A DNA stretch of 63,320 bases, filler included, from Thraustochytrium aureum (taxonomy: Eukaryota), in NCBI GenBank assembly GCA_012862495.1. It is 6 parts of 5 records of this genome, joined end to end, with 100 filler letters (N's around TTAATTAATTAA, not from the genome) between each part and the next. Parts side by side here need not be neighbours in the genome. Positions count along the whole stretch, not along the records: positions 1 to 13,549 come from BLSG01000428.1; positions 13,650 to 25,444 come from BLSG01000430.1; 4 more parts are not named here. One strand, written 5' to 3'. The first letter of the stretch is position 1. Every line of letters starts with the position of its first letter. A program made the position numbers and the translations under genes. The notes under the pieces are model-generated. The model ran no database searches. It had not been told where the DNA came from and saw nothing but the letters and a program-made list of their open reading frames with translations. Below, piece by piece: positions 11,056 through 23,018 of this stretch.

Positions 11056-12740
11056 TTAGATGTCTTCGGTTGTGACCTTGTCGAGGCGCTCGCTCTTCCG
11101 CCTCGATTCCGCGACGTTTTTCGCCACGGTGGCCTGCGCCCTGGCATAGTCCTTGTCGATCGTAAAGAACATGAGGCCGATCGTGAAGCCGCACAGAATC
11201 CAGCCAATGAGAAACCCGGCCTGGATCCCCGCCGCCCGTGCTGTCTTTTCAGGCTTCTCGTCGAAAAGCGTGAAAAACTTGCTGAGCACAAACACGAGCA
11301 ATCCCTTGCCAAGGTCGTCAAACAGGTTGAGGATACTGAAGGCAGAGCCGCGGACCTCGGGGACCGTGACGTTGACGAGGATCACCTTGGTGGTGTTGCC
11401 CGCAAAGCCGAGGCAAAAGCCGCCTGGGATCACCACGAGCGCCGTGACGAGGAGCGACGAGGTGTCGATCTCCACGTAGAGGGCCATGGGCAGCGCGCCG
11501 AGCGCGGTCATCCCGGCCAAGATGAGCGGGATGAGCCTCTTGCGCTTTTCGAACAGACGATCCGCCATGAAGCCGGCCACAATCGCTCCGACCGTGACGC
11601 CCGCGCCGAAGATGAGGAGAACGATGCCTGTGAGTGCGCGGTCGATGGACTTTTCCTCGGCCAGAAAGTCGCTAAAGTACGTGGCGAAGATGCCCCCTGC
11701 AACAGCGCCGCGGATAATCGAGCGCAAGCAAGCAAGCAAACAAGCAAGCAAGAGTGAAGCGAGCCAGCGAGCGTCAGCGATGCCGTCTGTGGGCCAAAGC
11801 GATCCAGGTGTGGAGCGGGCAAAGCAAGCCAGAACGTACATGGGAGGCTTCCGGGGATGCCCTGCAGAAAAACCAGGACCGCCGTCGGCGTCTTGAGCAG
11901 CTCCTTGAACTGCGACCAAGTAATCTTCTCGTCGTACGGAACAAAGTCCTCAAGCTCCTCCTCCAAGCCGATGAGTGCCTCCTCCTTTTGGCCCCTCGCC
12001 GGCTCGCTCACGGTGGCGAGGAGCAGCGCAACAAGAAAGTAGGCCGGCACAGAGACAATGACGAAGGACACGCGCCAGTTCGACCCGTCTTCGCCAGCTA
12101 CAATCCCGGAGAGGGTTTGGCCAATCCCGGTGCCCGCTCCGATGGCCATCCCCGCTGCGGCGACGGCCTTGCCGCGGTTGCGGATCGTAAACAGGTCGCC
12201 GAAGAGCGAAAACACCAGCGGGACGGCGCCGCCAATGGCGACCCCCGTCATAGCGCGCGTCGCCCAGAGGCCCCAGTACCCGGTGACCCACCAAGTGGCA
12301 AGGCAGGCGGTCTCGCCGATGACGGTCACGACGGCGAGCGTGTTGCGGCGGTTGACAGTGTCAGTGAGGTAGCCGACGACGACGCTCACGAGGCCGCCGA
12401 GCATGAAAAAAGCCAGCGTGATGTCCCCGCCTAGCTTTTGGTCGCGCATCGTGGCGTTCACCTTGGTCACGTTGGTCTTGAGCTTTTCGTCGTACACCAT
12501 GATTGGGTCGCCGTTCGCGTCGAACTCGAGAAACCCAAACTCGCGCGCCACTGGTGTCAGCACTGGGCTCAGCAGGTTTTGGTCCGCGTTGAGCACGAGC
12601 ATGAGCCCCACGATCAGCGCCGTCAAGTACCAGGATTTGCGCAGCTTCACGCAGCCCACCTTCATCCACTCGTCCACCGCAGCTTCGGGCGCGTCATCGA
12701 GCACATCCGTGCCCTCCGGCCCTTTCTGCGCCGTGGCCAT
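11056..12740 (-). CDS. MFS transporter (spinster-like), two exons (12740-11840 and 11696-11056)
   Basis: ADQNLLSPVL, motif A GYLTDTVNRR and GFMADRL, LFGDLF..RGKA, PEVRGSAF. Splicing restores GSLP-W-GIFATY. Confidence 0.9.
11697..11839 (-). other. Spliceosomal GT-AG intron (143 nt) in the MFS gene
   Basis: GTACGT...TTGCAG on the minus strand; contains a TTGC microsatellite; removal joins the two frames. Confidence 0.88.
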
Positions 12741-13593
12741 CCCCGAGCGCCGCGAGCTCAACCCCGACCTTGCCCGTCATCCTCGCAGCGCTTGCAGCTG
12801 CCCTCGAGAGCCTTTCGGCCGCGTCCGGCCGCCGTTACGACGAGTTCACGTGGCCGCGAGTCTCCGATCGCGTGAAGCCAACGACTCGAAACCGAAACTC
12901 GCTGCTGGAGCGAGGGAAGCTGACGCGCGACGCCGCAGCTCGCTTGACGCACCGTGCTTGCCAGCGCCGCGTCCTCGCGTGTTTGGCAACTGCTTGCCTG
13001 CAGACGCAAGTGACGAGAAGCGAAGGGTGTGGAGTAGACATCAATGAACTGCGCCTTACTTCTACAGGGAGCAAGTACTTCCTGATGGCGCTGCGGCGGT
13101 GCAAAATTCAGAGCTCGAACCACTCTTGTGCGTCCGACGACTTGACAAAACCCGCAAACCCTCACTTCCGTCCCGGGCTCCAGTCCGCGCGGCACTCCGT
13201 CTCAAGCCCCCCAGCGTTCACGTCACATGGTACCTGTCGTCACGTGGGCCGTTTATTGGCGAGGAGGCTACGCGTATGAGAAAAAGGTTCCGGTGCCGAG
13301 TGATTGGTGAGGTGTGGGCCGTGCGGGCTGGGCCCGTAGAGAATGGATGTGCTGATATTTTGGTCAGGGCGGTGTGCGAGGAGGGAGGGAGCGCGCTCTC
13401 GAGAGCGCGGCGGCGGCAGACGCCGATCGCAGTGGCGCGCGGCGTGCGGAAGGCCCGTGCGGGCCTCGCACGCGTTGGGTTTGGTTTGCTAGCGGGCGCG
13501 TTCGGGGAACGCTGCTCGGCGGCTCGGGGATGGGCGGCGATTTTGGTCCNNNNNNNNNNNNNNNNNNNNNNNNNNNNNNNNNNNNNNNNNNNN

Positions 13594-13605
13594 TTAATTA
13601 ATTAA
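13594..13605. other. Artificial scaffold linker TTAATTAATTAA flanked by Ns (also 25489-25500, 32371-32382, 49333-49344, 59922-59933)
   Basis: Identical six-frame-stop palindrome embedded in short N runs five times. Confidence 0.97.
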
Positions 13606-13746
13606 NNNNNNNNNNNNNNNNNNNNNNNNNNNNNNNNNNNNNNNNNNNNGTCCCGACGCGCTGAAGCAAATATGCGGTAAGCTCCAAGAAAATTGGGACA
13701 TAGTCCTTGGACCTTTCGATGATTGCCCCACAGTTGAAATGATAGA

Positions 13747-16700
13747 TCAATTCGACATCCAGCGCGCGTCTTCTGTTGCTTGCGCTGAGCGGAACAACAT
13801 ACCAACGACGTTGTGGCCGAGCCCCAGAACCCTTAATGACAAGCTCCCAAGGGTTATCTTCCGTATTTGGAGCGGGGGAGACGCTGGGAGAGGCATTGGG
13901 ATGACATCTCCAGTATCAGATCCAACGTCAGGTTCAGGAAAGATGCGGTTCACCTCCGCCACGGCAGCTTCCAACTTTTGATCGATCGCATCTTGAGCTG
14001 TGCGGGTAGCACAAACACTAGCAGCCCACCTTACGATTGTGCGAACAACGTGGATTGTCCTTTCTCTGACAAAAGCAAATTGCCTGTCCTGGTCGGCAGC
14101 CAAGTCAAACTCCAGAGCGAGAAGGTTGCTTGTCTTGAATCTGAGTCTTTGTTGCGCTGATTCGTCGCTTTCTTCTCTGACCCTCGCGTACATTTCGATT
14201 GCAGGCGTTCGTCGGCCCTCGTTGTTGAAGGCAGTCGAGACGGCGGCGAGGTTCCCGATTCGGTGCATCCACCCGGCAAGAGCCACCCTGGGATGGATGT
14301 GATCGACTTGAACGGCTTTGTCTTGGTGTGGGATGCAAAAGTGGGCCAAACCCCTTTGCGACCTGTACTCGGTCTCCCATCGAAACGCACCTTCATAAAC
14401 CCAAAGGACAAGCAAAATTCTCGTTCGAACTTTCCGAGTCCCATACCTGAGCCGGGCAATAGCCGCTGCAAGTCGCCGGACACTCTCAGCAGCAAAAAGT
14501 CTATTGCGGAGCTCTTGCATGCGGTCGTCAGCGTCGGCTTGTCGATTCTGCCGATTCTCGAATTCTTGGTGGAAAAGGGTGACAAAGTTGCTTTCGTCCA
14601 CCAACGCGTCTGAGATGTGGCATATGAGCAGAAACCGCACGAGTGTCACCTGTGTAGCGAACATTCTTCCAGTGGCTGCTACAGGATCCAAAATACGGAG
14701 AATGTCGTGCATCCAGCCCGCGCTAGGCAAGATGTGGAAAACTGAGCACAGCGAACGCAGCTCTTGCAGGTCACGCCTGAAGCTTTGTGCATTCTCAGGT
14801 TCGCTGGNNNNNNNNNNNNNNNNNNNNNNNNNNNNNNNNNNNNNNNNNNNNNNNNNNNNNNNNNNNNNNNNNNNNNNNNNNNNNNNNNNNNNNNNNNNNN
14901 NNNNNNNNNNNNNNNNNNNNNNNNNNNNNNNNNNNNNNNNNNNNNNNNNNNNNNNNNNNNNNNNNNNNNNNNNNNNNNNNNNNNNNNNNNNNNNNNNNNN
15001 NNNNNNNNNNNNNNNNACGGGGATTGCTATTGTGCGCGACGCGCTCGATGATATCCAAAAGGTAGACGTCTTCGAACTTGTGAAACCAAAAGCTTGAGCC
15101 TACCTCCTTCTTGAAGAATTCCAACGACTCTTGCCCCCCGGAGCTCAAAAAATATGGCATGCACTCCTCGGCACGGAGTCGCGATTGCTGTGGCACACCG
15201 GGTAGCACGCTCAATCGAGCAGCGTTGCCGCCCGCTCGCACGCTTTCCCAGAAACGTCTGTGCTCAAGATGCAACTCAACTAAGGCCTGTACAAGCGTGT
15301 CGGCCTCGTTTCTCTCAGCTCGGGTGGGTGACCTTGACCACAATTGGAACGCGCGAACGAACAGATCGAAGGGGGAGAAAAACGTTGGCATGTTGCAGTT
15401 GTGTCGCATGAAAAGACCCATTGCACCGACCTCCTCGGACGCCCACGCGACCGCGTACCCTATATTCCACAAGGCGGCCATGGCTGTCTGCAGATTCTCT
15501 CTCATTTGTAGCAGAACCATTGCAATGATCATAATGTCATTCAAGTTTGCTGCCTCGCCAGTTGGCAGCATCGCTCCCCGCCGTGTTGCGGAGCACACGT
15601 TGTCCAGCACATCCCAACCCTCCGGTGAAATGTTTGCGTCTTGAATTGCAGAAAGGCTACGCCACAGCTCCTCTGCGATCGCCTTGAAGTTGACGAATGT
15701 TTGTTGGTTGTGGTTGGTTGCGAGTGGCTGAACTGTTTCTCTTGCGGCCCTTGAAACTGTGTTGGTGACTAGCTGGAGGCCGTGGTTGTAGGTATCGAGC
15801 TCCTCGTCGCCTTCTCGTCGAAGGAGCGGCTGCTCCTGCTCCCCGTCGTGCCACAGCTCAGGTTCGTGCTCCTGAAGCTTGCTCAAGTCTGGTCCAAGAA
15901 CAGCCGATAAGAGCTGAACGCGCTGTGTGTACACGTCGTTTGGTTGGTATGCGACGCCTCCGTCCAAATCGTTGCCGAGATTCCCTAGTGCACTCACGAA
16001 GTTATGGCGGGCCTGGCCGATTCCTCTACGCCTCTCCATAGCTCTTCTGTATTGCCCTTCTAGGTGACAAATGGTTTCAAGCCTGTCGCTTGCGCTCTCC
16101 AACAATGTTTGAGCTCGCTCCTGGGGCATGTCACTTGTGATCTCCGCGACGCGTCCAAGAAACTCCACAATGCGCGCTGTGTAACCAGTAACGAGATGCA
16201 GTCGTTGTTCGTCCATCCGAAGTGCACTAAGTCTGTTGATGTCGTGGATTGCGTCCTCACGTGTGAGTGCGCAGAAGTCTCTCCACCTCTCGTAGGACCT
16301 CTGCAGCATGTCATCCGGTTCTTGCTGGGCAGTGAGTAACCACTCACGGATCATAGGGCTTTGCAGCCTGTTCTTGAGATCGTTTACACTCTCGACGACG
16401 ACGGAATCGACAAATGCGCACGCCAAGAGGCTCAGGTAGGCAGTTGTGATGCGACCCTGACCGTCGAGGACAGAGATTGGCCAATCGCTTTGCCTAGCTC
16501 TGGCAGCTCTTGTGATTCCTCTCTGCTGCCTTGGAGCAAAGAGATAGAGCAAGCCGTGTTGGAGTCGGTTTGCCTCCTGTGCGCGCTCTTCCGTAGGATC
16601 GAACCCCAAAATGCCAAGCTCCAGCAAGAGACCATGAGCAAAGTTCGCAGCGTGCTCTGGCGCCCAGGAGTATGCGCGCTGTATCCCGTGAATCCACAAG

Positions 16701-16792
16701 GGAGAGTTCCTGCCGATGTTGGAGTGGACTGCATTCGTCGTCCAGCTCAACAGATCTTTCAGCGTCGTTGATCGTACCTCTCCATTGGCCAT
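13747..16792 (-). CDS. GmrSD-family modification-dependent nuclease: DUF262 (ParB-like) with a large insertion plus C-terminal DUF1524 HNH; about 1000 aa across an N gap
   Basis: DUF262 motifs IHGIQRAYSW, VLDGQGRITT and LFMRHN..SPFDL; HNH VDHIHP..HRIGNLAAVSTAFNN. Both frames are open right up to the gap (..SEPENAQSFRRDLQELR..). Confidence 0.78.
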
Positions 16793-17886
16793 GATTGTGC
16801 GTGAAATGCCAAGCTGGGGCTTAGCAGTGTCGAGATGAGTTTGTGGTTGGACTTGCCGTTTGTGAGGTTGCTCGCGGTGGGTCGGCTCTTCTTCGTTGCT
16901 GGTCGAGTGCCTGTACGCGTGCTTGCCTTCGTTGCTTGCTTCGACTTGCTTGCTTCCTCTCGCTTCGGTCCCTCAATCTATTGGGGGATTGCTTATCCCA
17001 GGGAGACTGCTCGCGATGTCAACAAATGCATCTGCGCAACTTCGGAGAGAATCCAACCGCTCAGTCAAAGTCCCAACTCCGCGCGCCGATGCGAATGGAT
17101 TTGGCATCACAACTTCGGTGCGTTGGATTCCGTTTCCAGCGCGGCAAATAGACTGCACCTTCGCGACGCGGCAGCTGCAGNNNNNNNNNNNNNNNNNNNN
17201 NNNNNNNNNNNNNNNNNNNNNNNNNNNNNNNNNNNNNNNNNNNNNNNNNNNNNNNNNNNNNNNNNNNNNNNNNNNNNNNNNNNNNNNNNNNNNNNNNNNN
17301 NNNNNNNTTTGCTTGGCCAGAGCACTGGCACTGTCCAGATGGTCGGCGCGGGCCAATGTCGGCGCGTCGGTTGCAGCGAATCCCCGACTCGGCGCGGCAC
17401 GCGCCCGAGGAAGCCAAGCAACCGAACTCCGAAGTGTCGCCCGCCGCGGGAAGCCTTGGCCGAACGTGAATCACTGCGGCCAATGAATCAGTCCCGAAGC
17501 ACAAGTGTGGTCACTGCTCATGCGACTCAGAGAAAGAGAGTACCGGTAAGTAACCCCAACGGGCAGGGAGGGGTACAGATTAGGTACTGTCGCTTTTGAG
17601 CCACTCCAGATGTCGGTTGCCTCGGTAAATCCTGGAGACATCTGGTGCGTTGAGCGCATTCGCTGTTGCTCGTCGATTCTCTGTGAGGTAGGTAGGTGAG
17701 TGTCAAAAAAGCGTCTCGAAACGGCTTTGACAATCGCGTCTCGAAACGGCTGGAAGCTCGCCGCGGAGTTTAGACCGGCGGGAAACAACTTGGTGCTATC
17801 GCTACGAAAGCGAGTCGCCCATTCCGCGGCAACGTTTGCAGCGCGGATCAAACCAAGCTTGCGCAGAGATCGAGCCTATACGCGCG

Positions 17887-20800
17887 ATGCAACTTTCCCA
17901 TGCAGTTCTGAAACAGGCCGAAGACTTGCTGGACCATCCTGAGGCGATTGAGAGGCAAGCAGCAGCTTGCTCATCGAGCGGGCGACGTGACAGCACCTTC
18001 GCAAGTATGTCGGCCGGGTTGAGTATTAGCGCGTCACTTCTAGGGCATTATTTTTCCGTCAAATGCGACAAGTACCTGTGGCGAGCTGCTCGGGGCCATC
18101 GCCGCAACGAGTACCAGGAAATTCCAGCGAGGCAGATTGCGCAAACGAAACGCGGCGATGACTTTGAGACCGCCAAGATATCCATGCTTGATGGAGGGGA
18201 TCTCCGCCATATCCCAGGCGACTCGAACGACCTGACCGAGGTTCTCGACGGCGCGGAAGGACCGTTTGTGATGTCGCAAGCAAAGATTGAATTATATCCC
18301 GCAAGCGCCTGGCAACGAAGCGAGCCACCCAAGTGGCTCAGGCGGCTGGAGGAATGCGGGGCGCGAATGAGTATTTGCAAGCCAGACTTTATATTCGTGG
18401 ACAAAGTTGAAGGGGGGGGCTTGGAGATTTTGGTTGTTGACGCCAAGTCAAGCTCTCGCGCTAAGCTTAGTCACCTTGTTCAGGTAGCCATTTACATGGA
18501 GCTGCTTGAAGCGTTCATGGCGATGGTGGGCCTGAACGATCAGCGTTCTGAGGAATTCAAGATTACGGTCTCGATGTGGGGTGGCGTATGGATTCCCAAG
18601 GCAGGAGGCCACCAAGTCAAGCTGAATGGACGCCAATGGTCTATCGACGACGGGCCCGACCTGTTTGACCTAACGCACTTGCGTGAACAACTTCGCATTT
18701 TCCTTGAAGACGAGTTGCCTGCAATCTTAGGGAAAGAGAGTCAGGAGCTGTTAGATTGGAGTATAGAGTCACATTGCGCCACATGCCTGTACAGGGACGA
18801 CTGCTATACAAGGGCGGTATCGGACTCGACCGTGTCCCGACTCGCAGCTGTCCCACGGGTCAAGCCTTCGGACCGGGAATGGCTGCTCAGGCAACTTGAC
18901 GACACTGGCGGAGCAATAGTCGCAGGTGACATTCCTGTCGACAAGCTCCTTAGAGTTGCTGCGCAGGTTGAGGGCGCACCCGTCGACCGTGCCCGATTGC
19001 TCCGTATTCTATCTGCAGAGGGACTCGAGGCGTCAAACGGAGCTGTCCTTAAGGTTTCGGGTCATGATGGTGAACAGGCCTTGGGAATAGCTATCAAGCC
19101 GTCAAGGAGCAGCATAGACTTCCCGCGAATGGAAGATATCGCTGTGGTTCTCAGCTTAGTTGGCGACCCGACTACGCTACCACCACGACTGGCCATGTGG
19201 AACGTGGAGCAGGTGGAATGTAATGTCACCGGGCCAACTTGTGCCGCAACCGCGACGAGCTTCATTGTCTCAAACGACTGCAAGAACTTTGGTGAATGCG
19301 CTCGTGCGCTCGTATGCTGCTTGCATGAGTTGATGTGCGTTCTTGATGAGAAGGTTCCGCGGCGCAAAGTTGCTTTCATGGTCTACAGCGCAAATGAACA
19401 AGCGCTCCTTACAAGTGTGCTGCTTGGTATTGCGCTGGCAGACGAGGACTCTGAGGCAGATGTAGGCCTTGCCAAGGCGGCGATGGCTGTATTAGCCACC
19501 TTGGGAGGCGGTTCTGAGTGCATGGACATGAAGGCGTGCGTCAAAAAGCTCTTTCACGACGACGCAGTCAGACCCAAAACGACAGACTTTCGTCAAGCTG
19601 GTCGAGAAGAATATGAAAGGATTATCCCCGCCGCGTATCGTCGCGCTTTTGAGGCCTCCAGCAAAAGTCACGTATTTGGCAACGGGAAGGTTATGGTAAA
19701 ACCTATGCGATTGGCCTTGTACAAATGGTCGCTTCTCGTATACCTCGAGCGCGAGGTTTCAACGGAGGAGTTTGTAACTGCGTGCCAGCAGTCCAGCGGG
19801 TGCGAATTTGAGGCCCTTGCCCGAGCAAAGGAGAAGAACGATGGTCGTGAACGCAAAGCCAAACTAGAAAACTACTTCCGGCCCCGCTTAGCTGTGGTGG
19901 AGCTCTTCGTTCAGCGCCACTTTGTATTGCGAGCCCCTGGCCCATGCAAGCTCAACGATTTAGCGAGGCTTGCGGACTGTTGCCCCAACACCTCGCTGGA
20001 CGATGATAGCCTTTTCCAGTGTTGGGTCAAACTGGGCCAAGATTCGATTGCTGCGCGACTTCGAGAACGATCGCTGTGTTTGCTCAAAGTGGTCGCTTTC
20101 CTTCGAAATACACTGACGAGTGGGCAAGCGGAGAACATGCCCTTTGAGGCTCGCCCATACCTTGTCTTCGACGCAGCTGAATTTTTTGTGAGCACCACAA
20201 CTTCGCTGCAAAGTCCTCACCTTACGCGTCTTCTCTTTATCGCACAGCACGAGGTGCTCTCTGGAATTAATGCACATCGCACCGAGCGGGCTCATCTTCC
20301 CCTGCAAGACTTGCTACTTATGGGCAAGGGAAAAGCCGCAGCACTCGAAAGAACAAATGCCACGCAAAAGGCTGACAAGGCGATGGCAAACTGCTCTCTG
20401 CTTGAGTTTAGGCTGCTTGACGGGAGTGAAAACGCCCAACTCGAGGTCGAGAACAACGAGTACCTGTTCTCGTACATCCTTGTGCTCGATGATGCCGTTG
20501 GGCGGCACGATGCGCGGACATTTCCAGACTACACGCGAATGGATGACCTGAACCCGGTCTTCTCTGGCCGAGTTGGCGGGCCGGCCCTGGCCAAGGTGAC
20601 CGAAGTTAACGGAGGCAAGGTGACTCTCAGTGTGCTGTCAAGCGATTGCGCTACCTTCCTCAACGCTGGCGTGAGAGCATTGCTGTATCGGCGTTACGTC
20701 AATTTGAGGCTGTTCCAGCGTGAGGTCGACGCGCTTAAACGCCACTCTCGCAACCAACCGACGCTATTTGCTGAGCTCCTTGCCAACCCGGCAGTGGCAA

Positions 20801-23018
20801 GCGTCTGGAAGCCGCTGCGCATGCCCCCTGACGACCTGCGAGGGGCAAATATTCAAGCCAAAATCGAGCGTGCCAAGGCGCGCTGGAATTTGAGCGTCTC
20901 TCAACGCGAAGCTCTGACGATGTGCACAAGCCGTCATCTTGTCAACGTTTGGGGCCCGCCTGGATCTGGCAAGACGTACTTCCTTGGGTGTCTTGTATGT
21001 CTCCTCCTGGAGTGCTTCAAGGATTCGCAATTTCGTGTACTCGTTTGTAGTTCGACAAACTCGGCTGTCGCGACANNNNNNNNNNNNNNNNNNNNNNNNN
21101 NNNNNNNNNNNNNNNNNNNNNNNNNNNNNNNNNNNNNNNNNNNNNNNNNNNNNNNNNNNNNNNNNNNNNNNNNNNNNNNNNNNNNNNNNNNNNNNNNNNN
21201 NNNNNNNNNNNNNNNNNNNNNNAAACAACCGAAGGAGTGGAAGCAGGCGTGTACCGATTCGGATACGCCAAAGTGGACGGCTGTGTGAAGGCCGAGAACT
21301 TTTCCTTCCCCAAAGGCCAACTTTGCTCAGTCATCGGAAGCACCCCTTGGCAGCTTGCAAAGCAAAGGAATCTCACCGCGACGGCAGAAACTATGCATGG
21401 ACCTTTCGACGTCGTCATAATCGATGAGGCTTCTCAAATGCGGATTGGTGCCGCTTCAATTCCGCTTCGGTTTTTGAAGCTCGACGGGCGACTCATCCTA
21501 GCGGGCGACCACCTTCAACTGCCCCCCATTGTCAAGGCCGAATATCCCGCTCCGCCACCTGGACATCTCAATCTCACTGGCTCTATCCTCGACTGCCTCC
21601 TTCGCGAACAGTCTGCAGCTCCTCTGTCCCCATTTACGAAGGGGCATGTAGGACCTGGTGTGAGTCCAGAAGCAAGGAAGTCGCGAGTGGCCAAGCTGTG
21701 CAACAACTTCCGAATGAACAAAGCTCTTGCTGCCTTCACGCAGCTGACTTACGGGACCGACTATGAGGCCATGGGGATCAACGCGTGCCGGCGTCTTCCA
21801 GTAGCAAGTCTGGACGACCCCTCGATGTGCGGCACCGATCTTCTCAACCCGCACAAATCGTTCGTTGCCTTTCAAATGCCGGAGGTCGACGATGGGACGA
21901 CAGTAGAGGAGATGGCCAGCAACGAGGCGGTTGAGGTGTGCCGCATCGTCGAGGATCTTTTCTGCAGGTGGTGCGGCCAAGACCCGGTAACCAATGAGCT
22001 CTTCATCGTGTCACCCCACCATGTCCAGCGAATCGCAATCCGTGCCGCTCTCAGGGCAAGCAAGGTCAAAAAAGTTCGGGATGCAGAGCCTCTTCTGTTC
22101 GTTGACACCGCAGAAAAGGCTCAAGGCAAGACCGCAGACTGTGTTATCCTGTGCTACGGCATCACAACGCGGTCAAGGCTAGAGGAGGACGCCGCTTTCT
22201 TGTTTACTCTTCCAAGGCTCAACGTGGGGCTTTCTCGTGCACGTTGCAAGACGATTCTGATCTATGGCAAGCCCATTGTGAAGGCCAAGCCCCACATCTT
22301 TTCCAATCCAGGAGTGCTGCAAGGATTTCGCCTGTTCAAGCACGCACTCCATTTTGCGGGTTTGAAAGACCCAACGTTTTCCCAGGAGGAAGAAGGCACC
22401 GCGAACGCAAGCCCATTTGAAGCGTCGCTGGAACTCTTACGAAACATGTCGCTCGATTCCACAGCCGGAGGGGCTGGGAAGGTGGATTCTGGAAACGCCC
22501 TTGCGACCAAAACTGAGTCGCCGCCGGTTTCAGGTCAACTGGTGCTTGGAGAGAGCAAAATCTTAAACTCGCAGACAACGCGAGACGGTACGGAGACTCT
22601 GGCAGAATCGGTAGCACACAGAAGTTCTCGAGACAGCGAAGCTACAACGATCCCACAAGTAGAGACGCACTTCAAGAACGAAGGGTCCCATTCTCAGGAC
22701 ACACTGCACGGCACCGGAGACCCGCAATTGGAGTTCGAGAAGAAAAGTGAGACAGTGCAAAAGGCCGCAAGCGACGACTCCACGCTCGCACAAGACAATA
22801 AATCGGCGTGTATCGTTGGCATTCCCAACAGCGATATTGAGCGAACAACTCATCGCCGTGCGCCAGAGATCCCAAGACAGCAAGTGGAATACAGGTCGCA
22901 TGACGTGATCGACCTCACTGAGGAAGATGAATCCACGATTGACCTCAGTGTCACGGAAGCGTCAACATCTGCAAGCTTCAAACGACCTCTTTCTTCAGGC
23001 GAGCACCACACAGCTTAA
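17887..23018 (+). CDS. PD-(D/E)xK Cas4/RecB-like 4Fe-4S nuclease fused to a Dna2/Upf1-type SF1B helicase (AAA_11/AAA_12); N gap; start 17887 or 18007
   Basis: ISASLLGHYFSVKCDKY (Cys1), KPD..VVDAK..HLVQVAIY, CATCLYRDDC; WGPPGSGKT, STNSAV, IIDEASQ, LAGDHLQLPP, NFRM, TAEKAQG, RLNVGLSRAR. Confidence 0.88.

Noticed and set aside
13594..13605. Recurring TTAATTAATTAA palindromes as biological sites (att sites or piggyBac TTAA)
   Set aside because: Always embedded in N runs and identical each time; a six-frame-stop linker used to concatenate scaffolds.
16793..17356. Upstream in-frame extension of the GmrSD-like gene through TGA 16973-16975
   Set aside because: Low-complexity translation with no motif; ATG 16792 already sits at the normal DUF262 start position.
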